From a virus (lineage: Duplodnaviria; Caudoviricetes), in IMG/VR virus record IMGVR_UViG_3300020576_004226, positions 1 to 64,000 of that record: 64,000 bases of DNA. One strand, given 5' to 3'. Position numbers and translations under genes: made by a program. The notes under the pieces were generated by a model. The model searched no databases. It was not told the origin of the DNA and worked only from the letters and a program-made list of their open reading frames with translations. The stretch's first letter is position 1. Each line of letters begins with the position of its first letter. Positions 38,381-48,626 of this stretch are shown here, piece after piece.

Positions 38381-39216
38381 CATACAGCAACTTCCAATTC
38401 GCAAAACCCATCACATTTGACCGCCACTCGGCTTCCAGAGCATTGACCCGGTACATTGTCTTTCCAGCTGGAGACAACCGCACTGCCATAATTATGACGC
38501 TTGACGTCCCATTCGAGGAAGTGCCTCGCTATATGAGGAATGATTGGCAAGTAACTTCTTGCGACAGTGAGGAGGAGTTTGTTTCTCGCTTTGGTAAGCC
38601 GCTTTACGACCTCATCGTTGCGGAGTACGCCAAGGTAGAGGACAAAGATGCCGCTAAGCGTGAATTAGGTGTTAAATTAGCAGCGATCATTCATCAGATT
38701 CCAGCAGCCATTGCTTCCGAGATTGAGAGCAGCACTCTGGTTGACCCGGAAGCGGTTTGGAAAGCCAAGTTCGCCTTCATTCAAAACCTCCATCGCCTCA
38801 ACAATATCAAAGACCATATGTATGGAATGATGGGAGCGGAAGAGGCTGCCGGGTATTATTCCAAGGAGGTTGAGCAAGAGTTTGAAGCCTTCCTTACTGT
38901 CAACGGACAATACGTGCTCCATATTTTGGCGGCAATCAACCCTTTGTACGAAAAACACGGACACAACACTACAATTCAGATGGACTTTGAAGTCCCTATC
39001 ATGTCGGAACAACCAGACGCAATGCAGATGAGGCGCCACAACCGAGCGCACAGCTCCGCTGGAGTAAAGACGTTCAAGCAAATGCTCGAGGTGTTCTTGG
39101 AACGGGTGCGGCTCGTCAGGGAGGAAGAAAGCCTTGCAACAATATCGGCTTTGATGGTGGCTCATACTATGTGCCATGAAGCAATACGAGGTTTCAAACT
39201 TTTTGAACAAGAATAG
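38377..39216 (+). CDS. Hypothetical protein
   Basis: ORF from ATG 38377. Confidence 0.6.
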   Translation: MTYSNFQFAKPITFDRHSASRALTRYIVFPAGDNRTAIIMTLDVPFEEVPRYMRNDWQVTSCDSEEEFVSRFGKPLYDLIVAEYAKVEDKDAAKRELGVKLAAIIHQIPAAIASEIESSTLVDPEAVWKAKFAFIQNLHRLNNIKDHMYGMMGAEEAAGYYSKEVEQEFEAFLTVNGQYVLHILAAINPLYEKHGHNTTIQMDFEVPIMSEQPDAMQMRRHNRAHSSAGVKTFKQMLEVFLERVRLVREEESLATISALMVAHTMCHEAIRGFKLFEQE

Positions 39217-39302
39217 GGGCAGTTATCACTTACTTACCACCGTTATTAGAGTGGACAACGTATTGATTCTCTGAAACTTATCATCAAAAAGATTGACTTA
39301 AC

Positions 39303-41276
39303 ATGTCGGATTTGCAACAAGATTACACGGCGGCAGGATTTGCTGCGCCTTCGGACACACGGCTTCCTGAATCACTATTGAGAACAGCGCACAGCCAAAA
39401 ACAAACAGTAAACCCAAACAAAGTATTGAGCGAATTGACCGTATGGATGAAATACGCTCGCTACATCCGGGACAAACAACGGCGTGAAACATGGACAGAG
39501 ATTTGCGACCGTAATCGGGAAATGCACCTGGAAAAATACCCTTGCCTTGCCGAGACAATCAACCGTATTTATGACGAGTTGGTAATTCCCAAGAAGATTC
39601 TCCCCTCAATGCGTTCCATGCAGTTTGCCGGCAGAGCAATTAAGCAACAAAACAGCCGAATGTTCAACTGCGCCTACGCTCCGATTGATTCCATTGACTC
39701 ATTTGGCGAAATTATGTTCCTGTTACTCGGTGGTACAGGCATGGGCTATTCAGTTCAACAACGCCACATTCAACAACTACCTTCTATCACCCGTCCAATG
39801 ACTGGTTCGGTTGAGGAGTTTGTCGTTGATGATTCGATTGAAGGCTGGGGTGACGCTGTCAAACAACTCATGGAATGCTACACCGAGTCAGGCCATGGAT
39901 ACCCTAAGTTTGATTTGAGTCATATTCGCCCAAGAGGAGCTGAATTGGTAACGTCAGGCGGCAAAGCACCTGGACCAGAACCGCTTCGCCTTTGCTTGAC
40001 TCGAGTTGAGGAGATTCTGCAGCGTCATCAGACCGGAGAGCGGCTTACCGACGTGGAAGTACATGACATCATTTGTCACATTGCGGATGCGGTTTACGCA
40101 GGTGGTATTCGCCGAGCGGCTTTGATTTGTTTATTCGACCGCTCTTCCATTGATATGCTCAACTGTAAAAGCGGAGCATGGTGGGAAAACAACCCGCAAA
40201 GAGGCCGCGCAAACAATTCTGCCGTACTTCCAAGAGGCGAAGTAAGCGAAGCCGAGTTCAAACAAATTTGGGCTGCCGTGGAGGCTTCTGGTTCCGGTGA
40301 ACCTGGCGTGTATTGGACAAATGACGAGGACTGGGGAACCAACCCTTGCGTTGAGACAGCCTTGCGTCCATACCAGTTCTGCAACCTCGTTGAAATCAAT
40401 GCTTCTGACATCACTTCAGAAAAGGATTTGTACGCTCGGGTTTGGGGAGCAACCGTCCTTGGAACGCTTCAAGCAGGTTACACTGATTTCAACTACCTGC
40501 GCAGTTGTTGGAAGGAGAACACTGAGAAGGACGCATTGCTGGGCGTTTCCATGACAGGTCTCGCTTCGCGTCGTCTCGAGCAATTAGGGACAAATCTCGC
40601 GCAACTCGCTCAGTTCGCTAAGGAGGTGAACGTATCATTTGCCGAAAAGATTGACATAAACCCTTCCGCACGTATCACTTGTATCAAGCCTGCAGGCACA
40701 ACCTCACTCACGCTTGGCACCTCGTCAGGCGTACACGCTTGGCACGATGAATACTACATTCGCCGGGTGCGCGTTGGGAAGCAAGAAGCCATATACAATT
40801 TCCTGGCTACCAACAACCCTGAATTGGTTGAAGATTGCAAGTTCAACCCGACTGCTACTGCGGTTGTTTCTATGCCGCAGCGTGCTCCGGTCGGCTCTTT
40901 GATTCGCACAGGTGAGACGGCTCTGGAAATGCTCGAAAGGGTAAAACATATTTACATGAATTGGGTGTTGGGAGGACATGCGGACGGCATCAACACCCAT
41001 AATATCAGCGCCACAATTTCGTTGCTTCCCGAGGAGTGGGAAAAGGTTGGTAATTGGATGTGGCACAACCGTGATTGCTACAACGGCATTAGCGTCCTTC
41101 CGTTTGACGGAGGCACTTACGTACAGGCGCCATTTGAGACAATCACCGAGGAACAATACCACTCAATGCTTCCGCTCGTTGGTGATATTGATTTGAGTCA
41201 AGTTTTGGAAGCGCAAGACGGGACAGACCTCGTACACGAATTGGCTTGCGCTGGAGGAGTTTGCGAGATCAATTGA
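39303..41276 (+). CDS. nrdJ: Class II (adenosylcobalamin-dependent) ribonucleotide reductase
   Basis: PSMRSMQFAG; MFNCAY; TNPCVET; QFCNLVEIN; TCIKPAGTTS; C-terminal ELACAGGVCEIN; no NrdB or NrdG nearby. Confidence 0.92.
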   Translation: MSDLQQDYTAAGFAAPSDTRLPESLLRTAHSQKQTVNPNKVLSELTVWMKYARYIRDKQRRETWTEICDRNREMHLEKYPCLAETINRIYDELVIPKKILPSMRSMQFAGRAIKQQNSRMFNCAYAPIDSIDSFGEIMFLLLGGTGMGYSVQQRHIQQLPSITRPMTGSVEEFVVDDSIEGWGDAVKQLMECYTESGHGYPKFDLSHIRPRGAELVTSGGKAPGPEPLRLCLTRVEEILQRHQTGERLTDVEVHDIICHIADAVYAGGIRRAALICLFDRSSIDMLNCKSGAWWENNPQRGRANNSAVLPRGEVSEAEFKQIWAAVEASGSGEPGVYWTNDEDWGTNPCVETALRPYQFCNLVEINASDITSEKDLYARVWGATVLGTLQAGYTDFNYLRSCWKENTEKDALLGVSMTGLASRRLEQLGTNLAQLAQFAKEVNVSFAEKIDINPSARITCIKPAGTTSLTLGTSSGVHAWHDEYYIRRVRVGKQEAIYNFLATNNPELVEDCKFNPTATAVVSMPQRAPVGSLIRTGETALEMLERVKHIYMNWVLGGHADGINTHNISATISLLPEEWEKVGNWMWHNRDCYNGISVLPFDGGTYVQAPFETITEEQYHSMLPLVGDIDLSQVLEAQDGTDLVHELACAGGVCEIN

Positions 41277-41305
41277 TTGACAAAAATTCATGGGATTATA
41301 CAAGC

Positions 41306-41347
41306 AAGAAGGTAGCGTTGAAAAGCAGCGTTACCTTTCTTGTTTTT
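41306..41347 (+). terminator. Intrinsic terminator
   Basis: agaaggtagcg...cgttacctttct followed by a T run. Confidence 0.65.
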
Positions 41348-41367
41348 AAACAACTTAACAACGTTTT

Positions 41368-41859
41368 ATGCAAAAGAAAGTTTCAATCAAATTATTGCGC
41401 GACCTGGCTGTAATGCCTTCCTACGCTACTGAAGGCTCGGCTGGGCTTGACGTTTGCGCTTGCTTTACTTCAGCTGCTGACTTGAAGAGCCCAGAAGGTG
41501 TTGTTTCCATGATCGGAGACACGCTTTTTATCTCACCCGGCCAACGTGTTCTCATTCCAACGGGACTCGCATTGTCAATGCCAGAAAACACCGAGGCGCA
41601 AGTGCGTCCACGCTCCGGTCTCGCTCTGAAGCAGGGCTTGACGGTTCTCAACGCACCGGGAACAATTGACAGCGACTACCGTGGAGAAGTAGGCATCATC
41701 CTCATCAATCTTTCTCAGACTGTTCAGCAAGTCAAAAGCGGCGACCGCATTGCCCAGTTGGTATTTGCAGAGGTTTGGAAGCCTACCGAATTGGAGGAGG
41801 TTGTTGACTTGGACGCAACTCAAAGAGGCGCAGGTGGATTCGGTTCTACTGGGAAGTAA
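41368..41859 (+). CDS. dut: Trimeric dUTPase
   Basis: GSAGLDV; RPRSGLA; GTIDSDYRGE; DRIAQLV; RGAGGFGSTG. Confidence 0.97.
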   Translation: MQKKVSIKLLRDLAVMPSYATEGSAGLDVCACFTSAADLKSPEGVVSMIGDTLFISPGQRVLIPTGLALSMPENTEAQVRPRSGLALKQGLTVLNAPGTIDSDYRGEVGIILINLSQTVQQVKSGDRIAQLVFAEVWKPTELEEVVDLDATQRGAGGFGSTGK

Positions 41860-41886
41860 TTGCTAAAGGTCAGGTAACAATCATTT

Positions 41887-41926
41887 GAGCCTGGAGTTGT
41901 CATTTCGGCACGCTCCAGGCTTTCTT
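41887..41926 (+). terminator. Intrinsic terminator
   Basis: agcctggag...ctccaggct followed by ttctt. Confidence 0.7.
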
Positions 41927-41959
41927 GTATCAAATATAGTCTTTACAAATAATTGAATC

Positions 41960-42445
41960 ATGGCAGATCAAAAGATATCCGAATTGACCTCCACCGGGAC
42001 GCTCCAAGCAACCGATGAGCGGCCAATTGCGAGGAGCGGACAGAATTACAAAATAACAGCTGCGAACGAGGCTAAATTCTTTGGCATCAAGATACAACTC
42101 TCGAGTGTAGGGTACATCCCAGGGGCAACAGGCAACCCGGATAGCAATAAGGTTGCACCCGGCTCGGATGGATTCTACTATTTGTTCGACGCCAACGGAG
42201 ACGCCATAAAGATTCTTGATTTGTTGGCTGGGCAGGTCATTGTGCAAGATAAGTTTTACGAGCACACACAGGGTGTTTCTTCCGCAACTTGGACTGTAAA
42301 CCATAATCTAAACAAATACCCGGCTGTTCAGGCTTATGACTCCGGAGGTACGCAGGTTGCAATATTAGAGGTGAACCACACAAATGTAAACACATGTGTA
42401 GTCACTCTTGCTTTCAGCACGTCAGGTAAGGTATACTGCAATTGA
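41960..42445 (+). CDS. Putative tail/virion structural protein
   Basis: HTQGVSSATWTVNHNLNKYPAVQAYDS motif typical of fibre-associated proteins. Confidence 0.6.
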   Translation: MADQKISELTSTGTLQATDERPIARSGQNYKITAANEAKFFGIKIQLSSVGYIPGATGNPDSNKVAPGSDGFYYLFDANGDAIKILDLLAGQVIVQDKFYEHTQGVSSATWTVNHNLNKYPAVQAYDSGGTQVAILEVNHTNVNTCVVTLAFSTSGKVYCN

Positions 42446-42486
42446 ACTTGATAAATTTCATCAGTCATAACAAATAATTTCCGAAC

Positions 42487-43911
42487 ATGGCAGCTCCTGC
42501 TTTATCACAATTAAACATGAACGGGCTTGAGATTCTCAATGCTCGGTTCCAAAATTTGGCGGCCAACCCTGGAACACCCGGTGTAGGCCAATACTACTAC
42601 AATACGAGCACGCTCAAATTGAGAATCTACAACGGTTCTACTTGGGATGAACTTGGCACTGGTAGTGGTACGGTAACTTCCGTTGCTCAAACCGTTCCAA
42701 CAGGTTTTGCCATCGCTGGTTCGCCAATTACTGGCTCTGGCACTTTGGCAATCACGGCTTCCGGTACAAGCGGTGGTATCCTATATTACGCTTCCACAAC
42801 AACATTCGGCGTTTCCGCTCTTTTGACGGCCAACGGTGTTATGATTGGTGGTGGCGCAGGAGCTGCTCCTTCAACAATCGCCGTGGGTACGAACAACCAA
42901 GTGCTGAGAGGCAACACTGGCGCTGCTCCAACATTCGGCTCTCTGGTTCAAGCGGACTTACCGTCCTCTGTTCCAGTTTCCTACTGGGCTGCAGCAACAG
43001 CCAACGTCGCAATGGGAACGTTCAAAATCACTGGCCTCGGCGACCCAACCAACCCACAAGACGCTGCCACAAAAGCATACGTTGACCAAGTGGCGCAAGG
43101 GCTTGATGTAAAAGGTTCTGTGCGTGTAGCGACAACGGCGAACGGCACTCTTGCTACAGCCTTTGCGAACGCTCAAACGGTTGACGGTGTTACACTCGCA
43201 ACCAACGACCGCATCCTCATCAAAAACCAATCCGCTCCAGCAGAGAACGGAGTTTACGTTGTTCAGGCTTCTGGCGCTCCGGTTCGTGCAACAGACTTTG
43301 ACGCTTGGACTGATGTTCCTGGCGCCTTCTTCTTTGTAGAGGTTGGGACGACCAATGCCGATACAGGTTGGGTTTGTACTTCTGACCAAGGCGGCACGCT
43401 CAACACAACTGCAATCAACTTCGCACAATTCTCTGGCGCAGGTTCCATCACAGCTGGCGCTGGTATGACCAAGACTGGTAACACGCTTGATGTTGTTGCC
43501 TTTGACTCCTCCATCACCGTAAACGCCGACAGCATCCAGGTCGCAGTGGACAACTCAACCATTGAGGTTTCTACAGGTTTGCGCGTGAAAGACAGTGGTA
43601 TCACTTTCGCAAAAATCGCCTCGGGTGTTTGGGGTACTTCGCTTGATACTACAGGCTCGGTTGTCAATGTAAAGGGATACACTTTCGTGACCAACTTTAC
43701 AGTCGCCCGGATTCGCGTTATCAGCCAATCCATTGTGAACGGCTCAAACACCATCACTCACTCCCTGGGAACGGCTGATGTAGCGGTACACGTTCTTGAC
43801 GCTTCAAACCGCCATGTTGACATTATTGATGTTGTGAATACGAATACCACGACGGTGACAATTCAGAACGATAGCACAACCTTCTCCGGAAAGGTTATTG
43901 TCATCGGCTAA
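42487..43911 (+). CDS. Tail-fibre-like structural protein
   Basis: T/G/A-rich; DPTNPQDAATKAYVD; QTVDGVTLATNDRILIKNQ. Confidence 0.75.
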   Translation: MAAPALSQLNMNGLEILNARFQNLAANPGTPGVGQYYYNTSTLKLRIYNGSTWDELGTGSGTVTSVAQTVPTGFAIAGSPITGSGTLAITASGTSGGILYYASTTTFGVSALLTANGVMIGGGAGAAPSTIAVGTNNQVLRGNTGAAPTFGSLVQADLPSSVPVSYWAAATANVAMGTFKITGLGDPTNPQDAATKAYVDQVAQGLDVKGSVRVATTANGTLATAFANAQTVDGVTLATNDRILIKNQSAPAENGVYVVQASGAPVRATDFDAWTDVPGAFFFVEVGTTNADTGWVCTSDQGGTLNTTAINFAQFSGAGSITAGAGMTKTGNTLDVVAFDSSITVNADSIQVAVDNSTIEVSTGLRVKDSGITFAKIASGVWGTSLDTTGSVVNVKGYTFVTNFTVARIRVISQSIVNGSNTITHSLGTADVAVHVLDASNRHVDIIDVVNTNTTTVTIQNDSTTFSGKVIVIG

Positions 43912-43939
43912 TCAAGCCTTTCTTTTCAAAGTTTGCAAG

Positions 43940-43982
43940 GACAGGAGTCTCAGGGTACAACTTCTGGACTCCTGTCTTAATT
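43940..43982 (+). terminator. Hairpin, probable terminator
   Basis: gacaggagtc...gactcctgtc 10-bp stem. Confidence 0.55.
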
Positions 43983-44000
43983 TAAAACACAACACGAATA

Positions 44001-47000
44001 ATGGCGGCACCAGCTAAGTCAATACTTGATATGGGGAGCAATAAGATAATTGCTCTCCTGGATGGCACGGCCAACACCGATGCCATTAATCTTGGGCAAT
44101 TGAATAGCAGCCAAGACGCCCAACCATTCAAAAAGAAAGTAAGGGCTGCTACAACCGCAAACATAACATTAAGTGGAACGCAAACGGTTGACGGAGTTGG
44201 TCTTCTGGCCAACGAGCGTTGCCTTGTCAAAGATCAATCAACAGCGTCTCAAAATGGCATATACGTGGTTTCAGCTGGAGCGTGGAGCCGGGCAACGGAC
44301 GCTGATGTAACAGCTGACTTTGCTGATGGGCAGACCGTGCAAGTCGCCGAGGGTACTCTTCATGCCGATTCTTTGTGGGTGTTGACAACAGATTCGGCAA
44401 TCACCGTAGGAACAACGAGTTTGGCGTATAAGCGACTAAGCAGGGCTAACCAGGCTACCGCTGGTACGTATGGCTCGGCATCGCAGGTGCCAGTAGCAGT
44501 GCTCAACGACGATGGAACGGTCTCGAGTTTTACTAACACTGCCATTTCTATAGGCGCATCTGGAGTTACCGGATTGACTGCTGGGCAAGTATTGTATGGA
44601 GGCTCTGGAGGAGCAATAGCCCAAGACGCCAATATATTTTGGGACAGCTCATTGTTGAATTTCAAAATAGGGCAGCCTGCATCCGGAACAGCTCGTATTA
44701 TAGCAAAGGGAAGCACAACGAATGATACAGGCTACATTTTACAAGGCTTCAATTCTACTCCAACTGAGACCATACGTGTAAGTAACGACGGGTATTATCA
44801 AGGAAACGGTCTTGGGAAAATCGGTAAGGTAACTACATCTGACTTCGCCATTGTCGCAACTTTAGATCAATCAATTACCCTATCAGATACTTCAGGAAGC
44901 CGAGACTTCTATGGGATAAAATCAGGAGTAGCCCCTACTTCTGGCACGGCGACCTTCAATTTCATAAATTTAGGTGGTAGCATAAACCAGACCGGAGGTG
45001 CCAATGGCATCACGTCTGGTGTGAAGGTAGGAACGACTTTGACAGCAGCAGCTGATTATAGAGCTGTTTGGATTGCCACTACTTCTCAAAAAGGACTTTG
45101 GCAGGATAGCGCGACACCAACCAACTTGTTGGCTGGCAAGACTGGATTGGGAACACAAACAAGTCCTTCTTACATACTTGATATAGGCGATACAGGAGGT
45201 ATACGCATTCCAGTGGGAACAACTGCTCAACGTCCCACAACCAATACAGGTGTAATTCGCTATAATACAGATTTGACGCAATATGAGGGCTGGAATGGTT
45301 CTGCTTGGTCTGCGCTCGGGGCTGGTTCTGTATCTATTTCGGCATTAGTTGCAGCTACAGGCAACAATACCATAGACAATACCAACTTTGCGCAGACTTG
45401 GAACTGGTCAACTTTGACTACTGGAACCGCTTTGACGATGACATCAAGCGGCATGACAACGGGAAGCCTCGTTTCTTTGAGTGCGTCGAATGCTTCGCTA
45501 AACTCATCAAATGGAGTTTTGTATGTCGGTAATGGAAGTAGCTCAACAAGCGGCACTGTTTTCAAAGTACAGTCTAACAACAACGTAGCTGGGGCTGGCT
45601 TGATTGTTAGAGCGAATGCTTACGTTGGCATAGGCACGACATCTCCGGTTGCTCCGCTTTCAGTAGCTGGTATTCCATTTGTTTCCAATATAGGTGTTTC
45701 TGGTATGCTTGTTTCCTTAGATGGAAGTCTTGGAATAACAGACAATGTGACAGCTGTAAGCGGCACGGTTGCTAATACCGCAGTCGTAGGAGTTCCAATC
45801 ACCACAATATACGCAGCCAATACGTCGGTCACTTACACAAATGCAAGTAGTGTTTACATAGCAGGTGCACCCGCAGCTGGAACAAACCTGACTATAACAA
45901 ATCCGTATTCTTTGTATGTAAACGCAGGGAATGCTTATTTTGGAGGCAGTATTGGAGTCGGTATCAAGCCTGTTTATCCGATTGACGTTAACAGTACAGG
46001 AGCGATTCGCATTCCAGTGGGGACAGCGGCACAACAACCAACAGCAGCTGCAGGTTTGATCAGGCTTAATTCAACCAATCCATCGTTTGATTACCACGAT
46101 GGCACGGCGTGGAGAACGGTCATAACAACTGCGGTTGCTGCAGTTGGGCAAGGCTCTGGAAACAATCAGTTGACTTATTTCTCAACTGTCGGCAATATAA
46201 CGTCGAATGCAAATGGGTCGTTCAATGGGACATACATGGGACTCGGGGTTACGTTTACCACAGGCCAAAGATTGACAATCGTAGGTTCTGGCGCAACTTC
46301 CGCTACATATGCATTGAGAGTGCATAACAGTGGAGGAACAAACAACCAATTGGTTGTTAGAAATGATGGAAGAGTTGGTATTTTAGTTGATCCACTTTAT
46401 ACATTTCACGTCAACGGAGTTGCTTCTATAGGCGATTCTGTTACTGCTTCAAACTCAACGAGGGCTTTAAACTTAGCATCAACTACAGCGGTTATGCGTA
46501 TATTGCGTATTTCTGCCGATTCCATCACCGCTGCTCCTGCCTTTGAGTTGATGCACAGAACAACCAGCGATGGTTCTAACGACGTTTATTATGATGTATT
46601 TGCAGACACAACTGGTTTATCGTTTCGAGATAGATTCAATCTTGCTGACATAAAAGTTCTGCAAATAGGCGTAAACGGAAAAGCAACGAACAGGTGTGTT
46701 GACGCAGCAACAGCAGCACTCGTTACGACCCAGACATACAGCCTAAACTCATCCGGAACAGCAGCGGCAAACTTCGGTGCGAGAACATTATGGCAATTGG
46801 AAAGTAGCACAACAAATGACCAAGACGCTGCGAGTATTGATACTTATTGGACTGTGGCAACTCACGGCACAAGAACTGCTGGAATGTCCTTTAAAATTGT
46901 TACGAGCGCAGCGGCATTGGCAGAAATATTTCTTCTGAATAATGGTTTAGCAAAAACGACAGGGAATAGTCAAGCAACTGGTCAGTCTTGGGCAGGTCAG

Positions 47001-47294
47001 TTCGCTTTGACCGATGGGGCGACTATTAACACCAACTGGAATAATGGTAATACCCAGACCGTTACACTTGCTGGCAACCGCACAATGGCTACTCCAACAA
47101 ATCCTCAAACCGGAGCGACGTACACGTACATAATCAAGCAAGACGCGACTGGTGGTCGAACGCTTACTTGGTACACAATACGTTGGGCGGGTGGTGTTGC
47201 TCCGACTTTGACAGCCACTGCGAATAAGTGGGACATTATCACTTTGAAGTATGATGGAACAAACTATTTTGGAACGGCTTCGCTAAATTTCTAA
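44001..47294 (+). CDS. Long tail fibre / receptor-binding protein
   Basis: 1097 aa, T/G/S/A-rich beta repeats; C-terminal LTDGATINTNW...IKQDATGGRTLTW...WDIITL module. Confidence 0.8.
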   Translation: MAAPAKSILDMGSNKIIALLDGTANTDAINLGQLNSSQDAQPFKKKVRAATTANITLSGTQTVDGVGLLANERCLVKDQSTASQNGIYVVSAGAWSRATDADVTADFADGQTVQVAEGTLHADSLWVLTTDSAITVGTTSLAYKRLSRANQATAGTYGSASQVPVAVLNDDGTVSSFTNTAISIGASGVTGLTAGQVLYGGSGGAIAQDANIFWDSSLLNFKIGQPASGTARIIAKGSTTNDTGYILQGFNSTPTETIRVSNDGYYQGNGLGKIGKVTTSDFAIVATLDQSITLSDTSGSRDFYGIKSGVAPTSGTATFNFINLGGSINQTGGANGITSGVKVGTTLTAAADYRAVWIATTSQKGLWQDSATPTNLLAGKTGLGTQTSPSYILDIGDTGGIRIPVGTTAQRPTTNTGVIRYNTDLTQYEGWNGSAWSALGAGSVSISALVAATGNNTIDNTNFAQTWNWSTLTTGTALTMTSSGMTTGSLVSLSASNASLNSSNGVLYVGNGSSSTSGTVFKVQSNNNVAGAGLIVRANAYVGIGTTSPVAPLSVAGIPFVSNIGVSGMLVSLDGSLGITDNVTAVSGTVANTAVVGVPITTIYAANTSVTYTNASSVYIAGAPAAGTNLTITNPYSLYVNAGNAYFGGSIGVGIKPVYPIDVNSTGAIRIPVGTAAQQPTAAAGLIRLNSTNPSFDYHDGTAWRTVITTAVAAVGQGSGNNQLTYFSTVGNITSNANGSFNGTYMGLGVTFTTGQRLTIVGSGATSATYALRVHNSGGTNNQLVVRNDGRVGILVDPLYTFHVNGVASIGDSVTASNSTRALNLASTTAVMRILRISADSITAAPAFELMHRTTSDGSNDVYYDVFADTTGLSFRDRFNLADIKVLQIGVNGKATNRCVDAATAALVTTQTYSLNSSGTAAANFGARTLWQLESSTTNDQDAASIDTYWTVATHGTRTAGMSFKIVTSAAALAEIFLLNNGLAKTTGNSQATGQSWAGQFALTDGATINTNWNNGNTQTVTLAGNRTMATPTNPQTGATYTYIIKQDATGGRTLTWYTIRWAGGVAPTLTATANKWDIITLKYDGTNYFGTASLNF

Positions 47295-47297
47295 TCA

Positions 47298-47820
47298 ATG
47301 TCTCAAATCACTTCTTACTACCCAACAGCCTCGGCAGGAGCGGCTTCGGTAACTCTTGGTGCTGGCACCGATATAGTAACAGCCGTACAAACAAATGGAT
47401 ACAGATACTGGCTACATCTATGCTGCGTCAAGAGGAGGTGTGAAAGCAGCCAATTATACGGTTGATGCTAATGCTATACAGTTTGATGCTGCCATAGCAA
47501 GCGTCACCATATATGCTTGGTGCGCAGCGGGTACAGGCACAACTACAGGTCTTGCAGCAGATTGCGGAGTAAGAATAGGCACAACAGTTTACCTTTCTGG
47601 TTCTCCTGTTTCAGTTACCTCGCAAACTTACGGGCTTGTCTCAAAGACGTTTGCGTTGAACCCGGCGACATCTTCTGCTTGGACTAAATATGATATTGAC
47701 GCACTTCAAATAGTCATATCATTGAATGGAGGTTCTGGCACAGCGTTATTGAAATGTAGTCAAGTTTATGCTGATGTACAATACGAGCCGACTACTGACG
47801 CTATTATGTTCGGCTCTTAA
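47298..47820 (+). pseudogene. Fibre-associated gene split by an apparent +1 frameshift near 47395-47400
   Basis: ORF 47298-47465 begins just after the fibre stop; the +1 frame (47395-47820) continues the same T/A/G-rich composition and is closed upstream by TAA at 47377. Confidence 0.5.
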
Positions 47821-47836
47821 AATCACAATATCAAAA

Positions 47837-48217
47837 ATGGCAAATCTGAATTACACTCTCGCAAAAGATTTGGTTGTCTCTTCTCGTGGAGACTTGCAAA
47901 TGGCTTATTTCTTGTTCAAAGCAGCTGAACACGGACTCACTTACAACGTCATAACAGATGCTCGTAATTCGATCATCTATATGACGCTCCAAGTATATCA
48001 TGAAGAAACAGGAGTTTTGTTGTACGATCTTGAGCGTTGGACTGTCACTAAAGAAGGCTTTCCTGTTACCGACGAAAAGGGAGAAATAATCAATTATGTA
48101 AACCGATATGATGATGTCATCAACTACCTGAATAGTGAGGGATGTTTGACGAAAGACGGATTGGAATGGGCAAAGAGCACGCCTTTCAACGGAGGTGTTG
48201 TAGGAGATTGGATTTGA
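47837..48217 (+). CDS. Hypothetical protein
   Basis: ORF from ATG 47837. Confidence 0.55.
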   Translation: MANLNYTLAKDLVVSSRGDLQMAYFLFKAAEHGLTYNVITDARNSIIYMTLQVYHEETGVLLYDLERWTVTKEGFPVTDEKGEIINYVNRYDDVINYLNSEGCLTKDGLEWAKSTPFNGGVVGDWI

Positions 48218-48252
48218 TAAATCAAAGTTTTTTATTCAAAATTCAACAAACA

Positions 48253-48591
48253 ATGGCAAAAGCAAAACAAAGTATCGCCCCATCTAAAAATAAAGATGAA
48301 GTTTTCATCCTTCCTGGATATTTGTTCGAAGATGTTCAAAAACTCGAGAACGCCAAGAGAGAGCTTCAAGTCAAACTCAAACTTGTAGAGTCTGAATACA
48401 ACAAAACGGCTGCAGAAGTACAAGGCATTGAGGGAGCAATTTACGCCTATTTCAGAACTAATGCATTGGCAAATGGGCAGATGAAAGAAGGACATGTCAT
48501 TGAGTACCAAGGCGACTTCAAGTATAAGGTAAAAGAAGCCAATACCACTGATGCCGTTTCTGACGGAGCGGCTGAAGAAGGAAAGGTATAG
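48253..48591 (+). CDS. Coiled-coil hypothetical protein
   Basis: ORF from ATG 48253. Confidence 0.55.
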   Translation: MAKAKQSIAPSKNKDEVFILPGYLFEDVQKLENAKRELQVKLKLVESEYNKTAAEVQGIEGAIYAYFRTNALANGQMKEGHVIEYQGDFKYKVKEANTTDAVSDGAAEEGKV

Positions 48592-48626
48592 GCAAAATAA
48601 TTTTACCAATTAAAATTATCAATCAC

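Noticed and set aside
44001-48217. Diversity-generating retroelement targeting the tail fibre
   Set aside because: No reverse transcriptase, and no near-identical template/variable repeat pair differing at adenines was seen.
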